Shown here one piece after another: positions 43,097 to 56,293 of a stretch of 64,000 nucleotides of DNA. Every line of letters begins with the position of its first letter. Within the stretch, counting starts at the first letter, position 1. The DNA is from Adineta vaga. Taxonomy: Eukaryota; Animalia; Rotifera. The DNA is taken from NCBI GenBank assembly GCA_021613535.1, contig CP075497.1, forward strand, positions 4,464,001 to 4,528,000. Direction: 5' to 3'. The notes beneath the pieces are model-generated. The model saw nothing but the letters and a program-made list of their open reading frames with translations. It was not told the DNA's origin and did not search any database. The position numbers were made by a program, and so were the translations under genes.

Positions 43097-45199
43097 ATGG
43101 TCTTATTAGCAGCATCCATTTGTACAAAAGCAGGCAAACGTAACTAACCTATTTTGTTTTCTTTCTATAAAATAATTTGTTTGATGATTTCAAATAGCAC
43201 TTGTTTCACGACAATTCGTAGAAATGAGTCGATCACGTATTGAAGGTTTACTTGCTGCATTTCCTAAACTAATTGGTGCTGGTAAACAACATACATTTGT
43301 TGAAACTGATACGGTTCGATATGTGTATCAACCGTTTGATAAACTTTATATGGTTTTATTAACGACAAAATCTAGCAATATATTGGAAGATCTTGAAACG
43401 TTAAGACTTTTTTCTCGTGTGGTAATTATTGATCATTCAGTAAAATGAACAAATTTTGATAGTTTTTAATCTGCTTTTAGATTCCCGAATATTGTAAATC
43501 AGTTGATGAAAAAGAAGTTTTTGAACATGCATTTGAATTATTATTTGCGTTTGATGAAATTGTTGCATTAGGTTATAAAGAAAATGTGAATTTAGCACAG
43601 ATTCGTACATATACAGATATGGATTCTCATGACGAACGTGTTCATGATGCAATGAGATTGGTATGATTTATTATAAATTATCTTTTTCAAACGATATAAA
43701 AGAGCTATTTTCTTCTTGTTTAAAGTGTCAAGAACGTGAAGCTAAAGATCGTATGAAACAAAGAGCAAAAGAACTCGATTTACAAAAACGTGCACAACGT
43801 GGTAGTGGATCTAAATCATATGGAAGTTCTACAGGTATCTCTTCAAGTATGTACAGTAGTTCATCATCAACAGATAATAAACCTGATGTAACACCATCAC
43901 CTGTCACGTATCAATCGAATACTTCATCGTAAGTATGATTTAATTCATGAGAAATAGTCGTTAAAAATTTTGCATTAAAATAGTTCAAGTATCCGTCCAA
44001 GTACGACAGGCAAAGCGATGAAACTAGGTACAAAAGGAAAAAATGTCGAATCATTTGTCGATCAACTTAAGTCGGAAGGTGAAACCGTTGCAAATAATGT
44101 TCCAGTAACATCTGGTGCAGGTGGTGCAACTACTAAAACTAAAACACAAAGTATCTCTTTATCAGAAGCTGAAAAAGGAGAGTAAGTTTTATAATAAAAA
44201 GAAAACAGTCACGTAAACATGTCAAATAACTATTTCTTGCTCTTAGCATTCATTTAAAACAAGAAGAAAAATTAACTGTCAGTTGCGGTCGTGATGGTGG
44301 TGTTGAAACTTTAGAAGTGCATGGTATGATTATGCTACGTGTTAAATCCGAAGAACATGGACGTATTATTGTTGCTCTTGATAATAAAGAATCTCGAAAT
44401 ATTCAATTACAAGTAAAATATTTCTTTGTATTTGAAAGAAATCATTTTTGTTTCTTTCTAGACACATCCAAATATCGATAAGAAACTTTTTACCAATGAT
44501 TCAGTGATTGGTTTGAAAAATGCAGATAGACCATTTCCAGCAAATCAAGAAGTTGGAGTATTAAAATGGCGTTACACATCGACTGATTCCAAGGAAATTC
44601 CACTGACTAGTAAAATAATCACAATGAAATTAATAAAAAAAAAAGAACGTCTCCGAAATTTTCTTTTAGTTAATTGTTGGCCAAATGAAACACCTAATGG
44701 TGGTTGTGATGTTAATATTGAATATGAATTACAACATACAAATCTGATTCTAAAAGATGTTCAAATTAATGTTCCATTACCGTAATATAAGAGAATTTTT
44801 GTGACGATATTTTATTTCCGATATCTTTCTTTCTCTCTCTATTGAAGGGGCGGTGGTCAAACACCAGTGATTGGAAAAATTGATGGTGATTTTCAATTTG
44901 ATAGTCGAAAAACAACGTTAACGTGGTCTTTACCTGTAATCGATCAATCGAACTCAGAAGGTTCATTGGAATTTTCTGTTCGAGGCAAAGCTGCTGATTT
45001 CTTTCCAATTCAAGTTGATTTTGTTGCTGAAACACCTTATTGTGATATTAGAGTAAGTAGAAAAACGATTTAGTTTCTTTTCGATTATAAAAAAATTGAT
45101 TTATTTCAGGTCGCTGATGTAAAAGCAGTTGATAGTCGTAAATCTGTACCGTACTCGCATGAAACAAATCTCATTGTCGATAAATATGAATATGTTTAA
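43097..45199 (+). CDS. ARCN1: Coatomer subunit delta (delta-COP), about 10 exons
   Basis: [67 protein letters not shown]; C-terminal mu-homology domain ([19 protein letters not shown]). Confidence 0.97.
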
Positions 45200-45474
45200 T
45201 GGGACAAACGAAACTTTTCTTTTTCCTTTTTTTTTATATTAATCATCTATTACAGAGTATATTAACATAATTTTAACTTATTCTCTATTGGTTTGTTGTT
45301 ATTTTACTAAAAGAAAGAACAAGCAACTTATATGTTATCCTATTGTTATCATTTGAAGCTTCGTTTTTTTTCTTTCGTTAATTTAAAAATAAAAATAGTA
45401 GAAAAGAAATATCTGAATGATTGGACTGAATTATATGGGAAAGAAAAAAGAACGAGAAAAGAAAAAAAAAGAAC

Positions 45475-45547
45475 TGGAGAAGTTGGGCATCGATCCCAAT
45501 ACCTCTCGCATGCTAAGCGAGCGCTCTACCATATGAGCTACATCCCC
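45475..45547 (-). tRNA. tRNA-Ala(AGC)
   Basis: Reverse complement GGGGATGTAGCTCATATGGTAGAGCGCTCGCTTAGCATGCGAGAGGTATTGGGATCGATGCCCAACTTCTCCA has anticodon AGC and the G3:U70 pair. A T-run terminator lies downstream. Confidence 0.96.
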
Positions 45548-45554
45548 GTGTTGA

Positions 45555-46724
45555 TTACATGTTTGAAAATGAATGTTGATTTTCCTGTGTTGCAGTATTG
45601 TCACTATCATGATCCATCAATTCACTTTCATCAATATCACGAACACCATCATCCTAAAAATAAACGAATAATTCAGATTTGCCAATAGAAAATGCATGGT
45701 AAATGAAATAGTTCATTTCTATTTACAGTTATTTTAAAGAAAGTTGACATTTCTGGTAAATGAGGTGATTTTAACACACGAACTTCTCGCTTATTCAGTT
45801 TCCATGATAGTTGTATTCGTAATTGAGACATATGACCAAATGCATCACCAAGTGCTAAAATAAATATTCGATTAAAATTATAGTCTTTACAATAATTTGA
45901 AATTACCTGGAGCACAATATGCTTCATGTTTAGGTGAGTCTACTTTCGCTACCATATGATTGACAACAACGGCCTATGTCAATAGATTAAAGAATTATCT
46001 GAATACAACACTATTAACTTACCGCACAATTATAATTAGAAGCTAGTTGCTGTAACATTGTTACGATTCGAACTGTATACTTATGTCGAGCTAAATGATC
46101 ACCATCGATAATACTTCGAATTGGATGTGCAAGACTATCAAGAATAATTAATTTCACATTTCGTTCAGGTGTCATAAGTTGTTTTAATTGAATAAGACAA
46201 GCAATCAATTCTGCAACATTCATACAACGAAAATAAGTGACATTTTTCAATATTTGTTCAACTGAATTCGTATCTAATGGAACTTGATTGTCATTTTTAT
46301 AATGATTCTCAGCTGCCATAGCCATATTCTGTAAACGTATAGGTACAAAACTTCCTTCAGTATCAATATAAATTGCTGTTCCTGTACTCTCTAGATTAAT
46401 TCCATATTTCATTTGTACTGAAACACATAATTGAGTACTAATACAAAAATCAACTGTTATAAATCAATACTTAGAAAGAAAATTGAACAAACCATAAATT
46501 TGATTTTCCACTTCCTGGATTTCCACATAATTCAGTCATTACACCCAAACGAATACCACCATCTATCAACGAGAAACAGTAGTTGAAACAATGGATCTTT
46601 TTTTTCAATCAAAGTTTTCTTCTTTACCAAGCATATCATCGAACTTTTTTGAATATGTTGATATACATCCAATATTGGATTTAAATATATCCATAGCAGT
46701 CCGACTTTTTCTTGTTAAAGCCAT
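45555..46724 (-). CDS. RAD51C: RAD51 paralog C, 6 exons
   Basis: Walker A TELCGNPGSGKSNLCTQLCVSVQ; AIYIDTEGSF; Walker B VKLIILDS; VVNHM..PALGDAFGH..KSP..DGVRD. Confidence 0.85.
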
Positions 46725-46914
46725 GTTTAGTTCAGAAAAGATCGTAGTGAAAAAAAGAATAAAATATTCCTAAGTGTGATTATTTCTGCGAACATAGCGC
46801 TCGAAATCTGACTGGTTAAATATGATTCACTGAATACTTCTTCTTCTTTTTTCTATCCCTCCCTCTCTCAAGGCATGTTTTTATTGTGTTTAAGCATTGA
46901 TTCAAAACAAAACA
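46725..46914. promoter_or_regulatory. Probable bidirectional promoter between RAD51C and WDR11
   Basis: Head-to-head start codons only 190 bp apart. Confidence 0.55.
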
Positions 46915-49900
46915 ATGAATCTCGTATCTCGTATCATTCCGGGTGCATTAAATAATGCAAATAAAGATGCAATTGATTGGAATCATCAAGGTCTTATTGC
47001 ATATGGTTGTCAATCGAGTATAGTTGTACTTGATCCACAATCATTTCGAGTAGATGAATAACCGTTTTTTTAGTAATTTTCAAATAATTCATGATTTTTT
47101 TTCTTAGATTTTGCAATGTATGGAAAAATATCATGAACCAATTATTAAAGTATTTCATCGAAAACTTTCTTTGAATTCAATCTTAAATTTATAATTAGGT
47201 TAAATGGGCACCGGATAGTTTTTATCATAATATCGATGATGCATATAATTTAAAACTTGCCAGTGCTGATTCAACAGGAAATATTCTTATTTGGGATGTT
47301 TATAAATCTTCTATTCAATCGGAATTTCGTGATGGAACTAAACCAATTTCTGGTTGAGATATACTCATTTACTTTTTTTTCCAAATAATAATTCATTTGT
47401 TTACTCGATAGATATGATATGGTATTCAACTGATACAAATCCTCAACTTCTATTAGTAATTCATTCACCAAATATTGTTATTTTATGGAATACACAAACA
47501 GGAACGAAGATTTGGCGTGTTGCTTATGATCAAGAACGACAACGAGAAACTGAATCATTTCTACAGATTATTCAAGATCCATTTAATCATCAACGAACAA
47601 TATGTAAATTTTATTTGACATAAAAAATCAATTCGAAAATAAAATTTCAATTTTATTTCAGTACTTGGTCAATCAAGTTTAACATTTATTGAAGATTTCT
47701 CACCGGTTAATACACCAAGTGGTCAATCTCGTCGATTTTATATATCGAATACAAATAATAATAACAATACAAATAAACCAAATGTTTCATCACAAAATTA
47801 TAAACGAAGTACATCGGTTAATTCTATATCATCAACAAGTTCTCAATTAACAACTCGTTTAAAAGCAATTATTGAAGGAAGTGAACATACAAAGTAATCA
47901 TTTGAATTTTAATGAATTTATTTATCGTCTTTTCTTTCTTCTTCTTTTTGCTTGCAGACAAGATGATCAATTATTATCTACTGTTGTTAGTTTAAATGAT
48001 TGTATACAAATCTTATTTCATCCAATACATCGTCATTTAATATTAATCGTTTATCCACGTGAAATTTTAATATTTGATTTACAAATTTTACAAACTGTTG
48101 GAACAATTTTATGTGAAAAGAATTCCGCAGCATTTTATAAGGTTAATTTTTTGTTTTCTTCATTTTCTTATTTTATTGGAAATCTTTATTTCAATAGATT
48201 TATGGATGTTGTCGACGTGATGCATTTATATGTTTTCATGAAAGTGGAACAATTAGTGTACGAAATAGACGCTTAGAAAATAGTACAATACAAGCATTGC
48301 AATCCCCAAATAGTATGATTGTCTATTTTGCAATACACACGATAAATTGATTTTGTTTTAGCATCATTAACGGAATTTGTCATTGATTTAACTTATGATC
48401 TTGTATATTATTCTGATCCATTTCGTTTGGTTAAAAATACACGTATCTGTTCATTTTGTGTATCACCCAAAGATGAAACGGCTATAAGTGTGATTCTAAC
48501 AGATGGAAAAGTTTTATTTTGGAATATTGATCAGAAGGATTTATCAATCTCTCCAGACATTGACGTTAATAATGAAGGAAATAATGGAAATCGTATTCCA
48601 TTAGGTGGAGTAATGTTTGCTCCACCGCCTGCTCCATATACAATATCAATGTGTCCATCAATGACAGCAAAAAATTGGAAAGATTGGACGCCATTATTAG
48701 CACTTGGTAATGAAATTGTCGAAACTTTTGAATTTCTTATTTCGAATATTATTCAATAGGTTGTACAAATGGAGATATCGTTATTTTTGATCTTAATGAT
48801 GGAAGTATTCAACGACAATTAGCTGTTCATTCCTCTCCTGTTCGGTAAATCTATGAAGAATATGTCAAGACCGATTGTCATCTTTATTGTTGTTCTAGTG
48901 GAGTAGTTTGGTTATCACCACAAACAATTCTTTCATGGGGATATCAAAATCCGGGTGATGGTCGTACAGCTGTTCGTAATGAAATTTTTATGATTCATAT
49001 TCCATCAGGTTAGTTCTTAGCAGATTCGTTAAATAATTCACTGTATGAATTTCATTTTTATAGGAAGACAAGAACCATTTCGAACAGAAATTAATCATGA
49101 TGAATCTCCAATTGAAAGTTTCAAAGTATCACATACAAAGTTTGTAATGAAACGTTCGTGAAATCTAAATCTTATTTGTTTTTTAATTTGAAAAGAAATT
49201 ATCTAATTATTCTATTTCGTGATCAACCATTTGAATTATGGGATTTGAAATCATTTACATTAATTCGACGATTACCTAAGAAATGTCCGAAAATCTTAGC
49301 TTTGGTAATTGAAATTTGTCGTCTATACTGATATGTAATGAATTCTTTCTAGGATTGGTCACCAAATGTATTAGTAATGAAAAAATCACTTGGAGAAATG
49401 AATTCATCTGCAGCGGCGAAATTAAATAGTAGTACTGAATCTGAACAAGACCTTCATCGAATTGCTAATACAGAAGCCGAGTATGAAATACATGGAATTT
49501 GTTTATCGATAAAGATAAGAATTCTATTCTTATAGAACAAGTTCAAATAATGATCATGATAAAAAATCATCACGAGAAAATTTTATTTTTACGGATGAAT
49601 ACAATTTATTATATCATTTTTATGTTGAAGGAAGAACTATTAAAGAAGTAGCAACTGTTCCACCTGATGTAATGCACTTCTTCTTCTCTTTTCCAAACAA
49701 AATATTTCTCTTATTCTATTCTAGCATTCATCATCGGCAGCAACTGATCTTGGTATTTACCTTTCATCTTCTTGTATTATTTATGAAGTTTTGCGGGTTT
49801 TTTTTCTAGTTTTAAAAGGTGATTATCTTCTTTCGGGTGATGTCGATGGTATCTTACAAGTATTTAATATAAAATTGAAACAGAGCAAGTAAGAATAAAT

Positions 49901-51562
49901 TCTTGAAAAGTTTGAATAGAATGTTTGTGGATAATCATTTTTTGTCAAGATCTTTTAATACGAAACGAAGTCCAATTCGTAAACTTCGTTTTGCACCTGG
50001 GAAAGGTAATTTTCGTGCATTTGTTTTATTCAATGATGGAGTCGATATTTGGGATATTCGTGATGTAAGTTATCATTCTTTCAAATTCATGTACTTTTGA
50101 AAGTGTTGATAATGATTTACTTTGTAGAGAGATCGTATAAGTACATTGAAATATCCACGAGATACGATTCAAGTTACGGATGGTGATTGGACTAGTTCGG
50201 ATAAAATTGTTTTGGCATGTTCGGATCATTGTATAAGAATATATGAAATGAATCTGGTTGATTCATCAAGTTCATTGGAATTTCAAACAATTGAACGTAT
50301 GTTATTTAAAACAGTTCTTCCGGAAAACTCTTTTCTAGAGAAATTTGATGATTAATTGACAAATCAGGATCGCCTGCAGGCGAAAATGTTCATTATAGTT
50401 CTATTTTTGAACAAAACAGTTGCTTTGACTTGTTTTATATTTAGAAAAAACCTTAATACCCTATATGATGCCAGCACGTAATGGCAATCTATTGAAACAT
50501 TTATTATGTACCAATAATGGTCCATTAAGTGAATTAATAAAGAAATGTGAAGATACTAATTTTAACGGAATACTTGAAAAAGAATTATCAAAATTTAATC
50601 AGTAAATCAAATGTTTTTTTCTTCTATCGAAATCTTTATCTATTGAAAATTCTTCTAGAGAATTCAAAGATTCTTTAGCAAATACCAAGTCTACAATCGA
50701 TCGTTGTTTATTAATTGCTAATTTATTTAATGATCCATGGGAACAACGTTTTTGGCGATTAACGAAATATTATCTCAATGAATATGGTTCATCGAATGCA
50801 AATTCAACTGATTCATTATCACTTCTTCCATCTTATGATTTACTTCTTGATTCTAAAACATTCGAACAACTTCAACTAGAACGAACAATTCGTCGTGATA
50901 TTAAATGTACATCAACACCATCATCAACAATTCTATCACATTGTATTGATTCATATATTGCTCTAAAACAAAATGATCGTGCTGTACAACTTTTACTTGA
51001 TACTGATCCAAACGATGAAACATATGCATTAAATTGTATTAAAGCTTGTCTTATATCTACAATGCAAAAACAAACTAATGAAACATCAAAAAATACAGTC
51101 ACGAAATTAGTTGCGACAAATCTAATTGCCAATGGTAAGATTAATGAAGGTGTACAACTCTTATGTACGATTGATTTAAGTGCTGAGGCATGTCGATACT
51201 TACAAGATTATAATCAATGGGAATATTCAATATGTTTGGCAAAATTACGTTTGAAACCAAATTCTACTGAATATATAGATATTCTTAAACGATGGTCGGA
51301 ACATATTCGTCTTTATTCTCAAACATCGAAACTAAATTCGGCTTTAGTTTTAATCTCATGTGGACAATTTCGTCGTGCGATTGAAGTTTTACATAGTCAA
51401 GGTGCAACTGAATTGGCAATACGTTTATTTGAATGTTGTAAACAATTCGGTATTGATGATGGTACAATCGGACAGAAATTATTCGATGATTATATTGATT
51501 TAATGCAATCTTTTGGTTTTATGTCCATCGCAAACGATTATCGAACAACAGTAGTTGTATAG
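46915..51562 (+). CDS. WDR11: WD repeat-containing protein 11, many exons
   Basis: SRIIPGALNNANKDAIDWNHQGLIAYGCQS; IRKLRFAPGKGN; DRAVQLLLDT; KLVATNLIANGKINEGVQLLCTID..ACRYLQ. Confidence 0.95.
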
Positions 51563-52044
51563 AGAGACGAATTTTATTTTTGTTTTTAAAGTAAACAGTG
51601 ATTGTTTCTTCCGGGTTTTTAACTGTATGTGCAATCGATTGTGAAAAAAAAAGAAATATATGTCAAAAACTTATCAATAAACAGAGTCAATAAAGCGAAT
51701 AGATAATAAGTATGCGTAGGGACTGAAACGATGACAATAATTGTAGAGAATTACCTATGATTAAAGAAGACATGATCGATGTCGTGTCTATAATTTCCGT
51801 TGAATGTTTCAAATAATGATTATTTCCCGTAAAGATTTAACTATGTGTTTCGGGACTTTTTTCTCTTTATTTGGTTATTTTTCGTTCAGTTTTCTTTCGG
51901 AATAGTTCTGACGTGTAAACAGTTCAATTCATTGACATTTACCGCCTTCGAAGTGATTTTTCTTCATTCATTTCAAGTTTGCTCATCTCGTCATCAGTCC
52001 TCTTCTCTCATCATTTCAATCTCGTTACAAATCTTAAAGCCAAT

Positions 52045-52374
52045 ATGAAATTCTTCTCTATTGTTCTCATCATCTGTTGTTACCTTATGAGTCAAACAAG
52101 GGTCGATGCACGTGCAACAGGACTAAGTAAAAGCTATTGGCCACTTTCCATCAATGGTGACTATCAGGATGATTTACTCCATCAAAAACTTGAATCGAAA
52201 CGACAAGCTGGTACACAAAGTTCTTTTACAATTCTTTTATAGTTTCTCTTTTCATATTTAGGTTGGGGCAAACGTCGCGATTTAATGACTGATTATGACG
52301 ATAGTGATCTACCACCCTATCATCCATATGCTGCACTTCGCCATTCTGCACGTACTTGGTTTGATTATGAATAA
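52045..52374 (+). CDS. Neuropeptide precursor yielding predicted pQAGWamide (GWamide-type), 2 exons
   Basis: Signal peptide MKFFSIVLIICCYLMSQTRVDA. Splicing out intron 52211-52261 gives ..ESKR-QAGW-G-KRR.., with dibasic sites and an amidation Gly. Confidence 0.8.
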
Positions 52375-52630
52375 ATAAAACTTTCTCTTATTCCTATTTC
52401 AATGAGACATATGCATGAAAAAGAAAAAGTTTTAAATAATATTAAATAAAAAAAAATACGAACATATTTATATTTACTGTTCAACAACAAAAACCAACAA
52501 CAACAACAATAAAATGCTTACGCATTGAATTTATTAAAATTTCAATTTCCATAAAAATCTGAAGAGATTTCAAATAATATGACTGACTATTGCAATGAGA
52601 GAAAAACTCTTATATTGCTTTCATCAATTT

Positions 52631-53059
52631 CTATTTCTTGTCTCCACTGTACCGCCATAATTTTCTCATTAATCTCTTGAAAGAAACGTCATCTTCTTTG
52701 AAATAAGGTGGTACCACATGAAATGATCGTTTTATCGGTAAATGAATATTTGCTGAAGAAGTTAATTCAAGATCAATATTATTCAAATCAGGAGTAAAGA
52801 GATTTTCATTTGATTCTAATGATGATGATTGTTTGTAACCACATAGAAAAATCCATGTTGCTTTTTGTTCATATGTTTCTAATTGAGAGTATGGCATTGA
52901 ACAGTCAGTTGTTGTATAAATAGATGATTCTTCGGGTAGACTTCTTTTTCCAGGATTAGGATAATGCGCAAGTTTTGCTCGATCACTTTTTTTTATGAAC
53001 CATTGAGCATTTGTGGTCCATAGAATTGAAATAAAGAATATCAAATGTAAAGTATACAT
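52631..53059 (-). CDS. Neuropeptide precursor yielding predicted pQWFIKKSDRAKLAHYPNPamide, single coding exon
   Basis: Signal peptide MYTLHLIFFISILWTTNA is directly followed by Q..YPNP-G-KR. Further KR sites and a Cys pair lie downstream. Confidence 0.75.
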   Translation of the reverse strand: MYTLHLIFFISILWTTNAQWFIKKSDRAKLAHYPNPGKRSLPEESSIYTTTDCSMPYSQLETYEQKATWIFLCGYKQSSSLESNENLFTPDLNNIDLELTSSANIHLPIKRSFHVVPPYFKEDDVSFKRLMRKLWRYSGDKK

Positions 53060-56000
53060 TGGGATAAAGAAGAAAAAGTATCTAGCAGATCTGAAATAGA
53101 CGAATGAAACCAAATATATAAAGAGAAAAAAATGGTGTGGAGGAGGAGGAGGAGGCCGCAAGTCGTCAAAAACAGAAATTAAAAGTGTGCCTGAGCATGG
53201 TTACGAAGGTGAAAGTACATATTGATGTTAGTTAAACAAATTAGAACTATATTTCCCTAGAAAATTACATTTCCTCACAAGTATTCGATGAATATTTATT
53301 AACAATACTAACTGCAACTGACAACTGCTTGCAACCATGTTTAATAAACAGAAGTTATTACATACCAATATCCTATTTAACGTCACTGAAAATCCTGATG
53401 TATATATACACATAATAAAAAAGGAATTGAGTAATGACGAATCATTGTGCGTCATTGCTTACTGTTTTCACAACATTGGACGGTTTCAATCACTATGTAA
53501 AAAATTGCTAAGGCAATCGAATGAAAGAAAGGTAACATGAGACGTGTATGAATAACTTATTGCACGTTATATTCATAATATCTGCGATATTTGCCTACAT
53601 AAACATTCTCTCTCGCAAATATATTTCTTATATTCATTTTTTTTAAATGAACTCAATTATATTGTGTTGTTCATGGTATGATCATGCTATAAATGGTGAC
53701 TACGCAAGGATACGGGCGTTCAACTGATGTCATAGAAAATTACTTTTTTTATTATTTATGTACTGCTAACATCTATATTAAGAAAAATCTTTCAACTCCT
53801 CTACAAAATGAGTTTTCTACTGCAATTCCATGATTAATTTGTTCTACTCGAGAATGTTCCTTTTCAAATCAATATCATATTAGTCTCTTTTTCTTCTTGT
53901 CCGCAAAAAAAAATAAGTAATATCACAAACAATTGATCAATACATATACTTACGATATTACTTTAGTAGATTCACTAGATGTTTCAATACTAATCGGTAA
54001 AAATCTCAATTCGATGCAAAAGTCATTATGTTCTTAAAAGCTATATTGTATATTAAGAATTCCTATCAGTCATATTGTCTTATATATATATATATATGTA
54101 ATAATACCATTTGACAGGATGTCATTGGAAAACGAGAGAAATATGTAGAAGAAAAGAAAGATAGATTACTGAACGGCTAAACGCGTCGTAGTTTTTCATC
54201 AACCTCCGCAAAAAGTATATGAATTATTGATAGACATATAATAAGGACTTTGTTCGCTGTGATATATCAATAATGTATTGTTCCAAATAAAACATCATGC
54301 TTAATTGGACTTTTGTTCTGTTAACAAAATAGTTGATAGGTTTTCTCGAGTTTAATAGAGCTCAGATGCATAGTGTGAATTATTTGATCTCAGAACTAAT
54401 TTATATATTCTCTGTTCGAATGAGTATGAATGTCAGCTGACCTAACTACGATTTAATTATTTAAGAAAATACCCATGAGAAGTGTTCTATTTGTAATGAA
54501 ATGTAAATTCATTACGAAATTTTATCTGAGAATAAGAGAATTAATATCATATGTTCTTCGCAAATATGTTGAACGAGAATATTTTCATAGACTTAATCGA
54601 GAATTGAATGAACACTATATGTGTTATTTATGAGCGAAAACTAAATACGCCTACTAGAACTAATCACTTATGGTTAAAGAATAAACTTTTCTTTTTTTCT
54701 TCGTGTCAGTACCCCCGTATGGCCTTCAGAAATCTATGATGGAATGAGTGGGATGAAATATGATGCTTAATTGTATCAGATAAAAAAAGATCGTAAAACG
54801 TGGCATTACATATTTTCTGAGTACATAACATGAAAATTAAAAGCTTTTTGTTATATTATACAAAAATCAATTGTTTTGTGATAAAAGCTATTCAGGAAAC
54901 AAATTAAAATCTAATAACAGAAACTCTATGATCCTGAAAAAAGTTAGATGTTCCTACAAAAGTCGTGACTATTCACCTTACTCAGCTGGTGTCTTTTTAA
55001 TGCCCTGAGAGAATTGTATCCGGCTTATATCGGAAATACTATAGTATAAAATAAGGAAATTAAGTAATGGTTATTTACTGTTATAGTCAATGCATCACAA
55101 TCTTTCTTAACTTATAAAATATTAAGAGAAAAATTCAACTTGAACATCTATTCAATAACAATAATGTTTTTTTTTAAAAGAATAAATATTTATACAAGAC
55201 GCTTAGAATTTGCTAACGATACTTTTATTACGCATGAAAGAATTTCTTCTCTACTACGCTGATGAAATTTTTGTTACGTATGTGTCATTAAACAAAGAAA
55301 CGAAATGAGAAAGATTTCAACATTATTTCGTCATCATCAACTTCAATTTATGCAGAGTCGGATGTGACTAAAACAAAATTTATGATGCCATCGATATTAA
55401 GAATAGGTTATCAGATCGGAAATTTGAATAAAATGTAATTACAATGTAAAAGACTAATATAAAATAGAGCGTGGGCCAGAGTAATATGTCATCGTGAGGA
55501 TGAGTGTCAGAGAATGCCATGCCTACTCACAATCTATTCATGTCAATACGATTTCTTGTCAATAGATAATCCAATCACTTCACGTTACATTTTAAAATGA
55601 AATCAAACCTAAATATACCTAATATTATCTTCGTGTTCCTTATCGAAATAATTATAACAAAGGAAAATATTGATGAAAGTTTTTTTGAACGAACAAATGA
55701 TTGACCTAGAGTAAGATTTTTTTATTTATTACAATTAAAATTATTTCTTATTGACATGAGTAATTTATAACCTATGAAAAGATTTGATAAATGAGTTAAA
55801 TGCGTAATTATGTTCAAAAGAAATCGTACAACGTAATTAACATGTATATCTCGAATATCAGGAAATTTAAGATGTGAGAATGTGATTAATGTTAGTGACT
55901 GTTAATTGTATTTTTGTAGCCAACTAGAGTGAAGTTCAAATTTAATATTCCTAAAACAGATCTCTGTCTTGGTATTGAATATAAAAAATTTTTAATCGTG

Positions 56001-56098
56001 TCATATCAATGAATCCCATCAATATAATTGCAGTTCATCAAGATGTATCATTCAACGAAGTAATTAAACAATTAAAATATCATTTGTTTTTACATTTC

Positions 56099-56160
56099 AT
56101 AGAATGATTTCCGTTTTTTGAATCCAAAACGCGAGTCGATCTATGGCAGAAGTCCCAAGG
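56099..56160 (-). pseudogene. Degenerate relic of the U2 snRNA 3' part and downstream flank
   Basis: 56132-56148 matches U2 57908-57924 at 14/17, and 56099-56115 matches the U2 downstream flank 57843-57859 at 16/17. It occupies the same position relative to a minus-strand SL gene. Confidence 0.6.
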
Positions 56161-56293
56161 AACTCAATTCAACTTTACCGATCTTTCCACTTTCATGAGA
56201 GAAAGAAAGGAACGTATCTAACGACCCTCAAGATTGATCTTTCTTTCATTTCGCAATGCAGAGGAGTGATGTTAATTTTGTATTAAAAGAAAA

